From Podarcis liolepis (lineage: Eukaryota): 64,000 nucleotides of DNA. A model generated the notes under the pieces. It did not search any database. It worked only from the letters and a program-made list of their open reading frames with translations, and was not told the origin of the DNA. The stretch is from assembly GCA_965112155.1 (NCBI GenBank), contig OZ218110.1. One strand, given 5' to 3'. Positions 20,546 to 33,619 of this stretch are shown one piece after another (the first letter of the stretch is position 1; each line of letters begins with the position of its first letter). The translations under genes and the position numbers were made by a program.

Positions 20546-23500
20546 ACCCCTGTCATGTATTACTGTATATTTAAAGCAAATGGAATCTTAATAGCAAAAC
20601 TCTCAGCCTTTTCATTTAGAAATGGTTAATTTCAGTGGTTCAGTGTTGTACATGTACTGTATGAATGATTGTTAATAAAAAGTCTCTTATCAATTACTTC
20701 GTGTAACCTGCAAATTCATCTTGAAGACAACACAGGGTACCATAAACAAAAAACATTGTGAAATAGTTAAGGGCTCTACATTATCTCTCCCACACAAGGC
20801 AGCTGAGGAATAGAAGAAGGAGAAGTTTAAAACAGCCATTTCCCTTGTTTTTTTAAAGTAGTTTTAAGAAAGAAAAGGAGCAGAGATATGCAACAATATC
20901 TGGAGGAAAACACACTGGATATTACTAACAATAATAGGACAATAATAGGACAAGCCTTTTCTCCCCTGAATTATACTTCTAACCTGTTTGAAAGAGTGGT
21001 GGCTTCAGATAATTTTTATTAATTTTAAATTACCATCCAATAATAGCCTCATTAAAACAATATCAAATTATAATACTAATACTAATCACTCACATACCGA
21101 TTCATATAATTTAGGTGCCCCCCCCCCACATGCTAGATGATTTCCTTTATTTCTGCATTCCAAAACCTTATTAATTTCTATTATATTCCGGTCAAAATAA
21201 TAATCCCTTTTAAAACAACTGCATTATTAATAACTTCTATTCTACTGATGCTATAATTCAGTGTCCCCACGTCTTGATAAGGCAAGGATGCTATCCCGAA
21301 TTTCTGCCACCATTCAGTTAATGTGATGGCAAACCATGTCTGATCAGTGTTACATAGGTGGGAGAGTGATGGATAATCCAGTACTAACAAATTAGGAAGC
21401 AGGGAAAGGATGGGGCCAGCTCAACTCTAGCCATCCTGCTGACCTTGTAGGTTCATTGCTTGCCTATGATTTTGTGACGTTACAAATATAATTACATTGG
21501 CAGATCCAGTTTCCTGTCCACCAACTGCAGTAATAGATGCTTTTGGGTTCGGGTTCAACATCTGTGTCTGGATTCAGACCATTCCTCCTAGGCTGGAAAA
21601 AAATGGTGAACACTGCTTTTTTACTGGAAGCCGAATCACAGGACAAAGCGATGCAGTGATTTTTTTCTCCCAGGGCATGATGGGAACCATCAACAGGAAT
21701 GAAAGATACAGCACCATATATGGACAGGAAAATATCATGGGAGGAATTGTAGAACGCATATACCAACACAAACAGAAATCACAAGACTGTAGCTGTTATC
21801 TAAGAGATTATTATATGTGCATGGAATGCAATGGAAATTATTAACATAGTGAAACACAGAAATAATGAAGAAGAATGAAGCCATCAAATCTAGCATGCAA
21901 GGGGGCCAGTTTAATTAAATCATATAATTTGACATTTGAATAATTGGCATTCATAATTGTATTAATTAAATAAAATTGGTATTGTTATAATGAGGTCGCT
22001 ATTGGAACAATATTTTTAAATCAATAAAAATGGTAATATTTTGGCGGTTTCCCTACTGCTGATGTGCCATAGAATCGAAAAACACTGCACAAGTGATTCT
22101 CTCCACTATCATTACTAAAATTACAATAATCAATCTACCTGACTGAACCGCCAAATGCCACAGTGTAAAAAAAGAATCAACAAGCTAGCCTGAAATGATT
22201 ATAAGCTCCTCTGTGCTCCATAGACAACTAGGCAGGGCTCTGTTACTTATCAGTTATCAGTTTCCCTCTTTCATATCAAACCACTGCATCTTATTTGGCA
22301 TCCAAGGCATTCTGTTGTGACAGTGTTCAAGCTAACAATAAGGTGGATACATGTCCTTTAAAGTGCCAAATTGACAGAGTCAGCTGCCACCCAATTTGTC
22401 TAATTCAGATCAGGTGGAGGAGAGGAATAAGACTGTCGAGAGAAGCAGGGGAGTCCATGCACACAAGGGAATTTGCCATCAGGATGTTGCTCCTGCTGCT
22501 TCTGCCGCTCCCCAATATAGTGTCCTAAGTACAAAGTGCTAAATGCACAACAAATCACCCTGTTCATGTTCCACACGAGTGGCATGAGCCAGGTGACCTG
22601 GTCATTGGTGCAATGGCATCTCATATTTATTACATAGTCCACAAGGTTTCCTTCAAGAAACACCCTTCCCAGGACTTCTTTGACGCCCCAATGTAAGTAA
22701 CCGTTAATTAATATTATTTTAATTATTCCATATATGCTGTATCTTAAAATAACTTTGATTGATTGGGGGGTTAGTTTTAGAACTTTATTTTTTAAACGTG
22801 TGGAGAGATTTTATTAGAAATCTCTGTGCATATAGGCTATGTGCATATTGTAAATGAACAATAAGCTTTTTAAAAACACCAAATATGTAAAGACAGAAAA
22901 GAGAGTAGGAGAAAGAGAAAAGAGATGGCATAATAATAGGAAAAGCATATAGCCAAGAAGTATGGTAATCAACTTTTTTGATGATCCCCAAATTTTCAAG
23001 GTGGCAAAAAAAATGGGTTGCTGAAGATATGAAGAAATGTGCAACAGCTTTTATAATTACACAGTATTCCTAGATTGCCCAAATAAGTAAATAAACTTTG
23101 CTGGCTTCATCCTCTCTTTATAGGGAGGCAGGTGAGTCTCTCCCATCTAGATTCTGTGCACTGTTTAATTTTCCCATCAAACAAAACCTCACTTCATTTG
23201 CAGGGTGTTGACAAAGTTCTACCAGCAGATCCTGGCCTTGGTGTTTGCTGTTGATGAGATCAACGAGAATCCCAGGATGTTGCCCAATGTCTCGCTCGGC
23301 TTCCACATCTATGATAGCTATTATGATTCAAAGATGACCTACCGAAACACTCTGGACCTGATCTTTAAATCACATCACTTTGTTCCCAACTACAGGTGTG
23401 GCATCCAGAAAAATGTTGTAGGAGTCATTGGGGGACTCAGCTCTGATACCTCCTGGTGCATGGCAAACGTCTTAGGTCTTTTCAAGATTCCACAGGTAGA

Positions 23501-24389
23501 ATATGGATTTTGAAAAACAGAGATGTCATGCTGTCCTTGCAGTAGGAAACTAATGATTCCTAAATATGGAGTGGGGAAATGAACAAAGTAAAATGGGTAT
23601 AATATGCATATCCAACAATGTTTATAAGAAAGGCTATTTGTGTTTAATAGATAAAACAGGAGATTTCTGTATATATAGCTGCCAGGTTTGTAAAGGAGGC
23701 ACCTAGACTGGTTAATATACATCAATCTTGAAAGCACTGCACTGGCTTCCTGCGAGCTACTCAGTATATGACGTTGACATACATTCATAAGCAAAAATTA
23801 CTCAGAAGACATTAACTAAAAATGTTCCTCCCCTTAAGAATCAAGATATTCCTTTCCCAAAGGATGATGTTAATCAACATTGTTCACTTTCAGAGGCTAA
23901 TTGAAAACACTGTTTCCTTCCTATTGTTCTGGCATTTGTCATCTGTCATTTCAGAGCGTCATTTATATAGTGGTGTCAGCATTGTGCTATTCTGCTTCAT
24001 TGTTGTATTTCACTTTAGTTGTTTTGACTAGTGCTAGTACATTATTTTGCATTTTGCTGATATTTTTTATGATGTGGTTTATTGTACTCAGAAAACAATA
24101 ACATATATAATCTTTTGGAGCTCTTCAGGATTTCCCAGGAAATCTTCCTGAGAGAGTTCTTAGAGGACAGAGAATCAACCTCTCTCTTCAAACGCTATAA
24201 AGGTTACAGAGCAAAAGTACATGAACCACCTTCACTTTGGACTTTTGTTGAGTCTTCCATTTACTATATTAACATGAGCGATGATAAATGCTCCTCTCTA
24301 CTTGGAGACAATCAGTGTATACAAGTATAAAGCTGGGATGGTGCCATAATAATAACAATAAATATCTACAGAAACCATGAGCAAAATTA

Positions 24390-25251
24390 CCATAGTTTTC
24401 ACTCCATAACACACATTTTTTTCCTCCTAGAAAGTAAGGGGAAATGTCTGTTCGTGTTACGGAGCGAATGCTTCCCTCCTCCGTGGTTTCCAGCGGGAGA
24501 AGAACCGCTGAATGAAGAGGAGAGAGGGACAGAGTGCCTGCTTCTTTAAAGGAGCAAAGCGGGCGAGGAGAGGAGCCGCTTACATGAGTGTAAGCGGCTC
24601 CTGTCCGGTTGGCTCCTTTAAAGCAAGCAGGCTCTCTGTCCCTCCTCCCCACTCAGCTCGCTAAATTGCAGCAAAGTTTTTCAGCTCGCTAAGCCGGGGG
24701 ATGAGCCAGGGAGGAGGGAGAGAAGCAGAGCCTGCTTGCTTTAAAGGAGCAAAGCGGGAGAGGAGAGGAGCCTTCTCCCCTTATACCCCTCTTCTGCATT
24801 ATTAGCACACACACTCCACACACTCCACACACTCCACGCGTGTTCCTTGTCCCTTGAGTGCTTTTCCTTCCCTCCCCACTTAAAACGTGGTTACAAAGCA
24901 CAGATCCACATGGATCCTCAGGATTTTTGCACTGGGTCACCCCAAATTCACCATCAGATCACATAGCATGTCCATGGCTACAGTTTGCACCCAAAAAATC
25001 ATGCACCCACTGTAGCCTGGGGCCGCAATGGTGCAAAAATGTGGGTACAAACATGGATCCACATGGATCCTCAGGATTTTTGCATTGGGCTACCCCAAAC
25101 TCGCCGTCAGATCACATGTCTGTGGCCACAGCATGAACCACAAAAATCATACATCCACTGTTTCGTTTAGAATATTTTTTTTCTTGTTTTCCTCCTCTAA
25201 AAACTACATTCGTGTTATGGTCGGGTGCATGTTATCGAGCGAAAAATACGG
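24390..25251. mobile_element. Tc1/mariner (Tc2-like) non-autonomous element in V2R-2 intron 2
   Basis: TA TSD and imperfect TIRs (CCATAGTTTTCACTCCATAAC / GTTATCGAGCGAAAAATACGG). The empty site AAATTATCCCTGT is seen in V2R-3. Internal inverted and direct repeats are present. Confidence 0.8.
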
Positions 25252-25296
25252 TACCTCTGTTTTTCTATGTAATTTGGTACATTTAGGATATATATT

Positions 25297-25298
<2 letters not shown>

Positions 25299-25340
<42 letters not shown>
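25299..25340. repeat. (GT)n microsatellite
   Basis: A pure dinucleotide run of about 21 units. Confidence 0.95.
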
Positions 25341-25341
<1 letters not shown>

Positions 25342-26805
25342 CATATACAAATATTTTGGGATATCCTGATCTCTTCTTTCCACTTGGAAACATTTGGCTT
25401 TTGCTTTTCCAGATTTCATATGGTTCGTTTGAACCAGCCATAAATTATGGAACCAAGTTCCCTTCCTTTTATCGCATGGTCCCCAATGAAGACCTTCAGT
25501 ATCAGGGAATTATCCAGTTACTTCTGCATTTCAGATGGAAATGGGTTGGGCTCATCACTCCAGCTAATGAAGCTGGGGAACGTTTCTTACAGACAATTGA
25601 GCCAATGCTTTTCAAGAAAGGAATCTGTTCAGCATTCACAGAAAGACTTAAATTCAATATGAATTATAACAGTAACTTAATAGAAATGATGGACATAAAG
25701 ATTTTGTTACCAAGTTTCACAACCAGCAGCGCCAATGTCGTTCTTGTATATGGAGAAAGTAGATTTATTATATGGTTGTCAGTTGCTTTAAGCGCAATGG
25801 AGTTTTCTCAGTTACTATTTCCTCAAAAGAAGTCACGTGAAGGAACAGTATGGATTATAACTACCCAAATTGATTTCATATTATATAGCCTTCAAAAATT
25901 TGTTAATATAAGAAATTTCCATGGTGCTCTATCCTTTGCAATTCACTTCAAGGAGATTCACAGCTTTAAAGACTTTCTTCGGAGTATACGTCCTCATTGG
26001 ACAGACACAGATGGTTTTATCCAAGATTTCTGGGAAGATGCATTCAGTTGTTCACTTTCAAACTCCACTCACTCAACATTCAGTGATAACATGTGTACTG
26101 GAGAGGAGATGCTGGAGAGTCTCCCTGCACCATTTTTTGAAATGAGCATGACTGGCCACAGCTACAGTATCTATAATGCTGTTTATGCTTTGGCACATGC
26201 CTTAACTACCAAGCAGTTGGCTGGAACCATCCGCAAAAGGAGAGATGCTGGTGGACGGCTCTCTCCTCAATATGCAGAACCTTGGCAGGTATATTTTCCT
26301 ACTACCTCATTGTATTCACTGCATTGCTTTATTATGTGAGTTGGCATTTAATGACCAGTAAAGAAATAAAGCAAAAATTTACCACCAACTAAGCGTCAAT
26401 GGAGCTGTGACAACCACCTCCTCACACTGCAAACCCCTCTGTTTTCTCTCCAAATCCCTCCGCAATTGTCCCTGTCTCTATTACCTGTCCAGTTACCCAG
26501 TGGTGTAAGGTTGGGGGCCAGGAACGCATGGCCCTGGGCACATAATTCTGAGGGATCACAACCAGGACCCGACCCCAACCCCAGGCATTGGTTTCTGTGG
26601 GGATCCTCATCCTGTCCAAGAGAAAACAGAAGAGCAGTCAATCAGGGAGCTGCCGCTGCTTGGGCACATCCTGGAAGGCCCTTCCCCACCTCCTCATCCT
26701 TCCCTGTCTGCCCACCGCCAGTGGTATCAGGGCCCTAAAGCCAGTGCAGGCCCCACCACTTGCTCCTCAGAACACGCTGGACCCTAGACCCTCCTTCTCT
26801 CCATC

Positions 26806-27181
26806 TCCAATGGTTTCTTCAAATGTAAAGGTTCATCATTGTTCCACCCGATGTGTATGTCTTTAAGGGGCCAGAGCAAGGGCCAGAGCAAAATAACGAG
26901 ACCCAGCTTTACAGCTGTGAAACATAGCAGGTGCTGCTGAGTTGTGTTGATTAGGCTGTGTCAGCAATTGGGTGTAGTATATAAGGAGCAGCACCTAGCT
27001 CTCCCATTACCCTGGGGGATGGGTTGGTGGTTGGGTCTGGTTTGTTGTTGATGTATTTAGTGTATAAGGAGTTTTTGTTTTTGTAATTAAAACCTCGTTT
27101 AAGTTATTTTTGGGTCCCTTTTTAATACACGGTCTCCCCAGCAAGCTCTCTGCAGCGTTACTATACTGAAAATAGCCAACA
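26806..27181 (+). mobile_element. Second copy of the 7387-8106 solo-LTR family, in V2R-2 intron 3
   Basis: It shares GATGTGTATGTCTTTAAG, GTATATAA-GAGCAGCACCTAGCTCTC and the AAATAGCCAACA end. It is flanked by a 12-bp repeat CTTCTCTCCATC (26794-26805 and 27182-27193). Confidence 0.7.
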
Positions 27182-29027
27182 CTTCTCTCCATCCTCCTCT
27201 TCGGCCTTTAAGCCTGGATTGCTGTCTGCCTCTTCCTGCTCCCTTAACCCCATTGCCAGTTCAGTTTCTGACACCTCCTCCTCCAATTCTGCTCCCTCTT
27301 CTGCCACTGACCACTCCTTGTCATCCCACCACCAATCCCCTGGCTCTAAACCTTCTTTCCCTGGGGGTCCCTTGGGGGTCCCCACCTGGTGCCTCTAACC
27401 AATCCTCTGCATCCAGCCAGTCCCTAACACCAATGCTCAAGTCCACTCTATAAACTAAGGAAAGGTCCAGTCAGACGTTCTCATATTATGTTTCTATGTT
27501 TTGAGAACATGAGCTCCCATCTCATCTCTTGCTTGACTTCTCAAATTCCTTCCATTTCTTGGGTCTTGACAAAGGCTGATCCCAAGCAAACAGGCTTAAC
27601 TCTCCTTCATATATCTTTATGGAAGGCTCTTTACTGTTGAATTAAGAATGATTCATGGTTTCCCACGCCTCCTGTATGTGCAATATTGCTCCCCATTGTG
27701 CAACTGAAATATTGCTCTCCATTGTGAACTGAAGTGTTTAACTCCTAGACGAAAAGGATTTGATTCCATCTAGGGATGCTATCCAACAATCTTAATCAAA
27801 CTATTAGAATGCTTTATAGACTTTTTGATTTCCCTTCCACTTAGCTCCATTCATTCCTGCAGAGAATCTCATTCAACAACAGTGCTGGCGATGAAATTAC
27901 ATTAAATGAATATGGAGAGTTAGCAGCTGGCTTTGATATTACAAACATGGTCACTTTCCCAAATAGATCATACATCAGAGTCAAAGTGGGAAGGCTGGAT
28001 CCTCAGGCCCCTCCAGGCACAGAGCTCACCATTAATGAAGATAGAATCAAATGGCACAGACGCTTCACTAAGGTATGGAAAATAAATGCACAGTCCCTGA
28101 AATTCCATAATCTGTGGTTATCCAAAATATGGGATGTAACAAAAGAACTTAACATATTATAACTTTGATATTCACTATTGAAAATATTGGCTTAAAATGA
28201 ATACTCCTTTGATAGAGAGATACTCTGTTTGAAAGAGTGACTTTTCCTCTATGTTTGCACCTTCAGCTTCTGAGGCCCTGCCTGTTCGACTGTGTACATG
28301 ATAAGATACTGCATGTCAGACTGAAATTCCCTTTATTTTTATTTTATGCCTATAAACCATCTAGGAGAAAATGTTGTCCTATAAGAACTACTGTAAGATC
28401 TAACAGTAAATTAAAGAATGAGCCTAAATACCAAAAAAATCAAGAGGCACAAAAGACATCTCACACTAAGAAGGAAGAATGGCTTTCAGAGAGTCCAGCG
28501 TTGGCTAACATTCTTGTTTGTGGATTCCTTGATGCAAATCTCCAGTTAGTGGTATTAGACTGAAGACTAAGCTAGCTATATCGTTGTTTGGGCTGAGAAG
28601 GAATATTATAATCTGATTGAGTTTTTATGATGCTAATTTCAGGGTCTGTACATCTAGGAGCGGTTGTAGCTGGTGAATAGGTCTAAGGTGGGTGCAAGCC
28701 CTTCTAGCCACAGAAGCCTCTTAAGACTCTAGTAGTGAGTTAGAATCAAGGAGTGTTCCCAGACTTAAGAACTTCTGGCTTCAGAGAGAGTGCAACCACT
28801 CCCAGAACAGGTCAGGCATAGGAAATACCCACCCAAAGCATTTCTATCTGATAAAGAGTTAGCCCTCATACAATCCATTTTTTCTCCAGACACCTGTCCA
28901 GCAACTTCACCACCTCCTCGCTATCCAATGGAATGGAGAGATGGAGCTACAATTCATCAACATACAGATGACACCATGTGCCAGATCCTAGAATATTATT
29001 CTGAAGAGTTTCATAAATATGATAAAT

Positions 29028-29210
29028 TAGTAGTATTGGTAGTAGTACCCCGCCCATCAGGCTGGGTTTCCCAAGCCACTCTGGGCGGCTCCCAACAAAA
29101 TGTTAATAATGTTAATAATAAATTGATAAAACATCAAACATTAAAAACTTCCCTAAACAGGGCTGCCTTCAGATGTCTTCTAAAAGTCAAATAGTTGTTT
29201 AAATAGTATA
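29028..29210 (-). mobile_element. Short L2 3'-end insertion
   Basis: TACCCCGCCCATC-GGCTGGG...CCACTCTGGGCGGCTCC...AAACAGGGCTGCCTTCAGATGTCTTC is a typical lacertid L2 tail in reverse orientation. It is absent from V2R-3. Confidence 0.7.
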
Positions 29211-32200
29211 AAAATAAATAAATAGTATAAAAGACAGAATGGGTCCTAATGGGACACCAAAGCCCAAAAGCCATGGAGTGGTTCCCTAGTACTAGTTTCT
29301 CAGAGTGACCCTGCAGGTAGGAACAGAACCACTGTAATGGGGTACGTTTAGTTGCCATCTCCTTGAGTCACTATAATAAAAGCCTTGAAGAAAATGCAGT
29401 TAGGTTGTGAGGTGAGATTAGACTGAATTCTGGTGCAGCTGAAAGGGTGGATGGTCTAGGTATGAATATTGAAGTCTTGTTGAGTTTGTATAATGCTTAG
29501 AGGAGCAGCTCTTTACCACACCGTATGTGACACCTGTGCACATATGGATGATATATTTCACACTATTAGTCCTTCTATTTACTGTTAAATCACCTGATCT
29601 TGGAGATTAGATAAATCCCCTAAAACATTTATCTCTTCCTACCTCTTTGGATAGGTGCCACCCCCTTCTGTATGTAATGACATCTGCCATTCTGGATACG
29701 GGAAGAAAAAGAAGGAGGGGAAGAAGTTTTGCTGCTATGATTGTGATCCATGTCCAGAAGGAATGATCTCAAATGAGAAAGGTGGACAATGTCTTCTTAA
29801 GACAATAACAAACAATGCAATTTATTTCAGTAAGGTCTGGGCTCACTGGCAATTCCATGGTTATTAAACCACTGGAGAAGGACAGGTTTGAATCAAATTG
29901 ATGTGTTGATCTCATTTTTTATAGATAACTTCAATGTAACCTTATATTTCAAATGGCTTGAAGACAAATATTTAAATAGTAGACAATATATATCACCTCC
30001 AACTTCTGTAAAGTTAGGGAGGAATAGAAATGGTGCTTTCTCCTCTAAGACTTAGGTTGTTTCATGAGAGGGTGAAAATTAAATCAAACTCACCTTTCTG
30101 GGCTTCAAAGATTTCAGCTGTAATGTATTTCTCCTTTTGCTGTGCAATATATGTGGTTCTAAGAAAAAGTAAGGAGGGCAATAAAAAACAGATGTCCTTC
30201 ATGTAAAAAATTCAGATTTCATACATGAAATTTATTGTTGATGCATCAAGAGGGAACGCATTTGGGCTGGAAGTTCAGAAACATTTTCAGATAGAAAACA
30301 CTATGCTACATGGACTAATGATGAGAAAATTCTTAAGATTAGTTGTGGTTACTTCAAATTGTCACACATTGTTTGTTTGTTTTCAGACATGGAAACATGT
30401 GTCAGTTGCCCAGCAGATCAATATTCAAACAGTGGCCAGGATCTATGCATTCCCAAGACTCCAAATTTCCTAGCCTTTGATGAAACCTTGGCCATTGTTT
30501 CAACTTCCTCTGCACTTTTATTCTCTCTGATCACAATTTTGGTGCTTGGCATCTTCATTAAGCATCGTGATACAGCCATAGTCAAAGCCAACAACCGAAG
30601 CCTCACCTATGGTCTCCTTATCTCCCTCCTCTTGTGTTTCCTCTCTTCTTTGTTGCTTCTTGGAAAACCTAATAAGGTGACTTGCCTTCTCCGACAAACT
30701 GCTTTTGGCATTGTCTTCTCTGTGGCCCTCTCCAGCATCTTAGCCAAAACCATATTGGTGGTTTTGGCATTCATGGCTACCAAACCAGGATCCAATATGA
30801 GGAAATGGGTAGGCAAAGAACTGGCTTATTCCATTGTCTTTTCCTGCTCCATTGTTCAAGTAGGAATCTGTGTCCTCTGGCTGGCAACCTCTCCCCCATT
30901 CCCAGATGTGGACATGGACTCAATGACTGAAGAAATAATATTTCTTTGTAATGAAGGGTCAGTCTCCATGTTCTATTGTGTTTTGGGCTACATGGGCTTC
31001 CTGGCCATTATCAGCTTCACGGTGGCCTTCCTAGCCAGGAAGTTGCCTGACACTTTCAACGAAGCCAAGTTCATCACCTTCAGCATGCTGGTCTTTTGCA
31101 GTGTTTGGCTCTCCTTCATTCCAACCTACCTGAGCACCAGAGGAAAATACATGGTGGCTGTGGAGATCTTCTCCATCTTTGCTTCCGGTGCTGGGTTACT
31201 GGGTTGCATTTTCCCCCCTAAATGCTACATTATTGTGTTGAGGCCTGACCTGAACAACAGAGAGCAGCTAACACAAAGGAAGTTATAAATGACAGAAAAA
31301 ATTGTGGTTCTGTTGGATCTGAGGCTACATGGACTTGCTAGATGGTATAAATTTCCGGGTCCCTACTCTGGATCTTTGTAGAGTTTGCTTCTTAACTTTT
31401 TTTGTCTGCCAAAGTTTCCCAAAGGCAATGGGTACAGATTTTACTTCAGGTTCTACTCCCAAAGCCTTTTTCACGAATAAGTACAGCTGTAAAGCAGTTT
31501 TGGTTTAAGTTCAAAGTTTCCTTCTCCTAGATGGGCTCCCTTCCTATGTTTACGAGACCCATCTGCCCCTCATTTCCTTCTGCAGCCCTTTCAGTAGCCA
31601 CCTTGTTGAGCATTGGACCTCTTTTGCTCTCATCCACTCAATCTGCTATATCCTGTCTTTGCATGCTGAGAAATTCCCTAACTCACTGAAGGTTTGAGAT
31701 CCATTGTCTACACTCACCTGGTGTAGGCTGCCAGTGAATCTGTTTCCTGGAGTGTGGCTGCTGTTGCATACTGACAGCTTCTAGGAGCCACAGGGGAGAG
31801 CTGAGGTCAGGGTGGGGATCAGAAGTAGACAAACTACACCAGAAGGAGCATGACTTGTTCCCCACTACAGTTCCTACCCCTCCCCTAACACTCTATACAT
31901 CCCTGTCATTTATTACTATACCTTTGAATCAAATAGATTCTTAATAGCAAAACTGTCACGACTTTCAATTTAGAAAGAGTTACATTCAGTTGATGGATGT
32001 TGTACATATATGAGTGCTTGATTATTAATAAAAAGTCTCATCAATTATTTCAAGTAATCTGCAAATTCATGTTGAAGACAACACAGGGTCCCAGAAGGAA
32101 CACACATTGTGAAATAGTTGAGGGCTCTACAATCTTTATCTCTCTTTACACATTGGATATTACTATCTCTAGTAGGACAAGACTTTTAGTCTTCTGAACT

Positions 32201-33619
32201 ACACTTCTAACCAGAGTGAAAGAGTTGTGGCAGAGAATATCTCAAACATACCAAATGGCGTCAGAGAATACAGATGTGTTGTTTCTAAGGTCTATTGATG
32301 CTATTATCCAGGGTCCCCACATCTTGATAAGGTTTAAATGCTCTCCAGAATAGCTGCCACAATTCAATTAGGGCGATGGCAAACCATGTCTGATCAGTGT
32401 TACATAAGTGGGAGAATGAAGGATCTCCCAGATTAGGAAGCAGGGAAAGGATGGAGCCAGCTCAACTCTAGATATTCTGCCATAGCAAGGAGTGAACTAG
32501 ATGACCTTTTAGGTTCATTCCTTGCCTATGATTTTGTGATGTGACAAATATAATTACATCGGCAGATCCGGCTTCCTGTCTACGAGCTGTGGCAATGGAG
32601 GTTTTTGGATTAACTATCTGCAGTCTGGGTTCAGATCATTCTTCCTAGACTGGGAAAAAATGGTGAATACTGCTTTTTTACTGGAAGCCGAATCACAGGA
32701 CAAAATGTTGCAGTGACTTTTGGAAACAGTGGGATAACCACTTCTCCCAGGGCATGATGGGAACCATCAACAGCTGTAGGAATGAAGGATATAGCACCAT
32801 ATATGGAAAGGAAAACATCATGGGGGGAAATTGTCACATGCAGGAAAGAATAAGGGATACAGTTAGAGTTCCTCACTTAAAACTTTATAAATTACCTAAT
32901 ATATACCAACACAAATAGAAACTCAAGACTGTAGCTGTTATATAAGGGATTACTTTATTTGCAAGGAATGTAATGAAAATTATTAACACAGTGGAACGCA
33001 GAAACAATGTAAAAGAATGAAGCCATCAAATCTAGCATGCAAGGGGGCCAGTTTAATTAAATCATATAATTTGACATTTGAATAATTGGCATTCATAATT
33101 GCATTAATGAAATAAAAATGGTATTGTTACAATGAGGCTGGTATTGGAACAATATTGGGAAATCAATGAAATATATATTTTAAAAAATAATAATAGTAAT
33201 ATTTTAGCAGTTCCCCTACTGCTGATGAGCCATAGAATCCAAAAATACTGCACAGGTGATTCTCTCCCCTATCATTATTAAAATTACAATAATCAATCCA
33301 CCTGGCTGGTCCTCCAGATGTCACAGTGGAAAAAAAGAATCAACAACCAAGCCTGAAATGATTATAACCTCCTCTGTGCTCCATAGACAACAAGGCTGGG
33401 CTTTGTTACTTATCACTTATCAGTTTCCCTCTTTCATATCAAACCACTGCATCTTGTTTGGCATCCAAGGCATTCTGTTGTGACAATGTTCAAGCTAACA
33501 ATAAGGTGGATACGTGTCCCTTACAGTACCAAATTGACTGAGTCAGCTGCCACCCAATTTGTCTAGTTTAGATCAGGTGGAGAAGAGGAATAATACTGTA
33601 GAAAGAAGCAGGGGAGTCC

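Larger units (their letters stand above)
22457..31288 (+). pseudogene. V2R-2, exons 22457-22692, 23204-23495, 25413-26288, 27845-28072, 29655-29781, 30387-31288; premature TAA at 22526-22528
   Basis: The exon architecture and splice sites match the paralogs. Exon 1 reads GTG TCC TAA GTA where V2R-1 and V2R-3 read GTG TCC CAA. No other disabling change was found. Confidence 0.88.

Noticed and set aside
20440-20556. Possible HDV-like ribozyme at the 5' end of the RTE-like repeat (also 56147-56230)
   Set aside because: Some pairing is possible, but I could not build the nested double pseudoknot (no P1.1 or J4/2) and the copies are degenerate. An RNAmotif search on the consensus would be needed.
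24905-25120. A roughly 55-bp direct repeat pair resembling an array
   Set aside because: There are only two units, inside a MITE in a vertebrate intron; this is not a CRISPR array.
25299-25412. N-terminal MCVCVCV extension of the 346-aa ORF
   Set aside because: It is a translation of the intronic (GT)n repeat; the exon begins at the AG acceptor at 25413.
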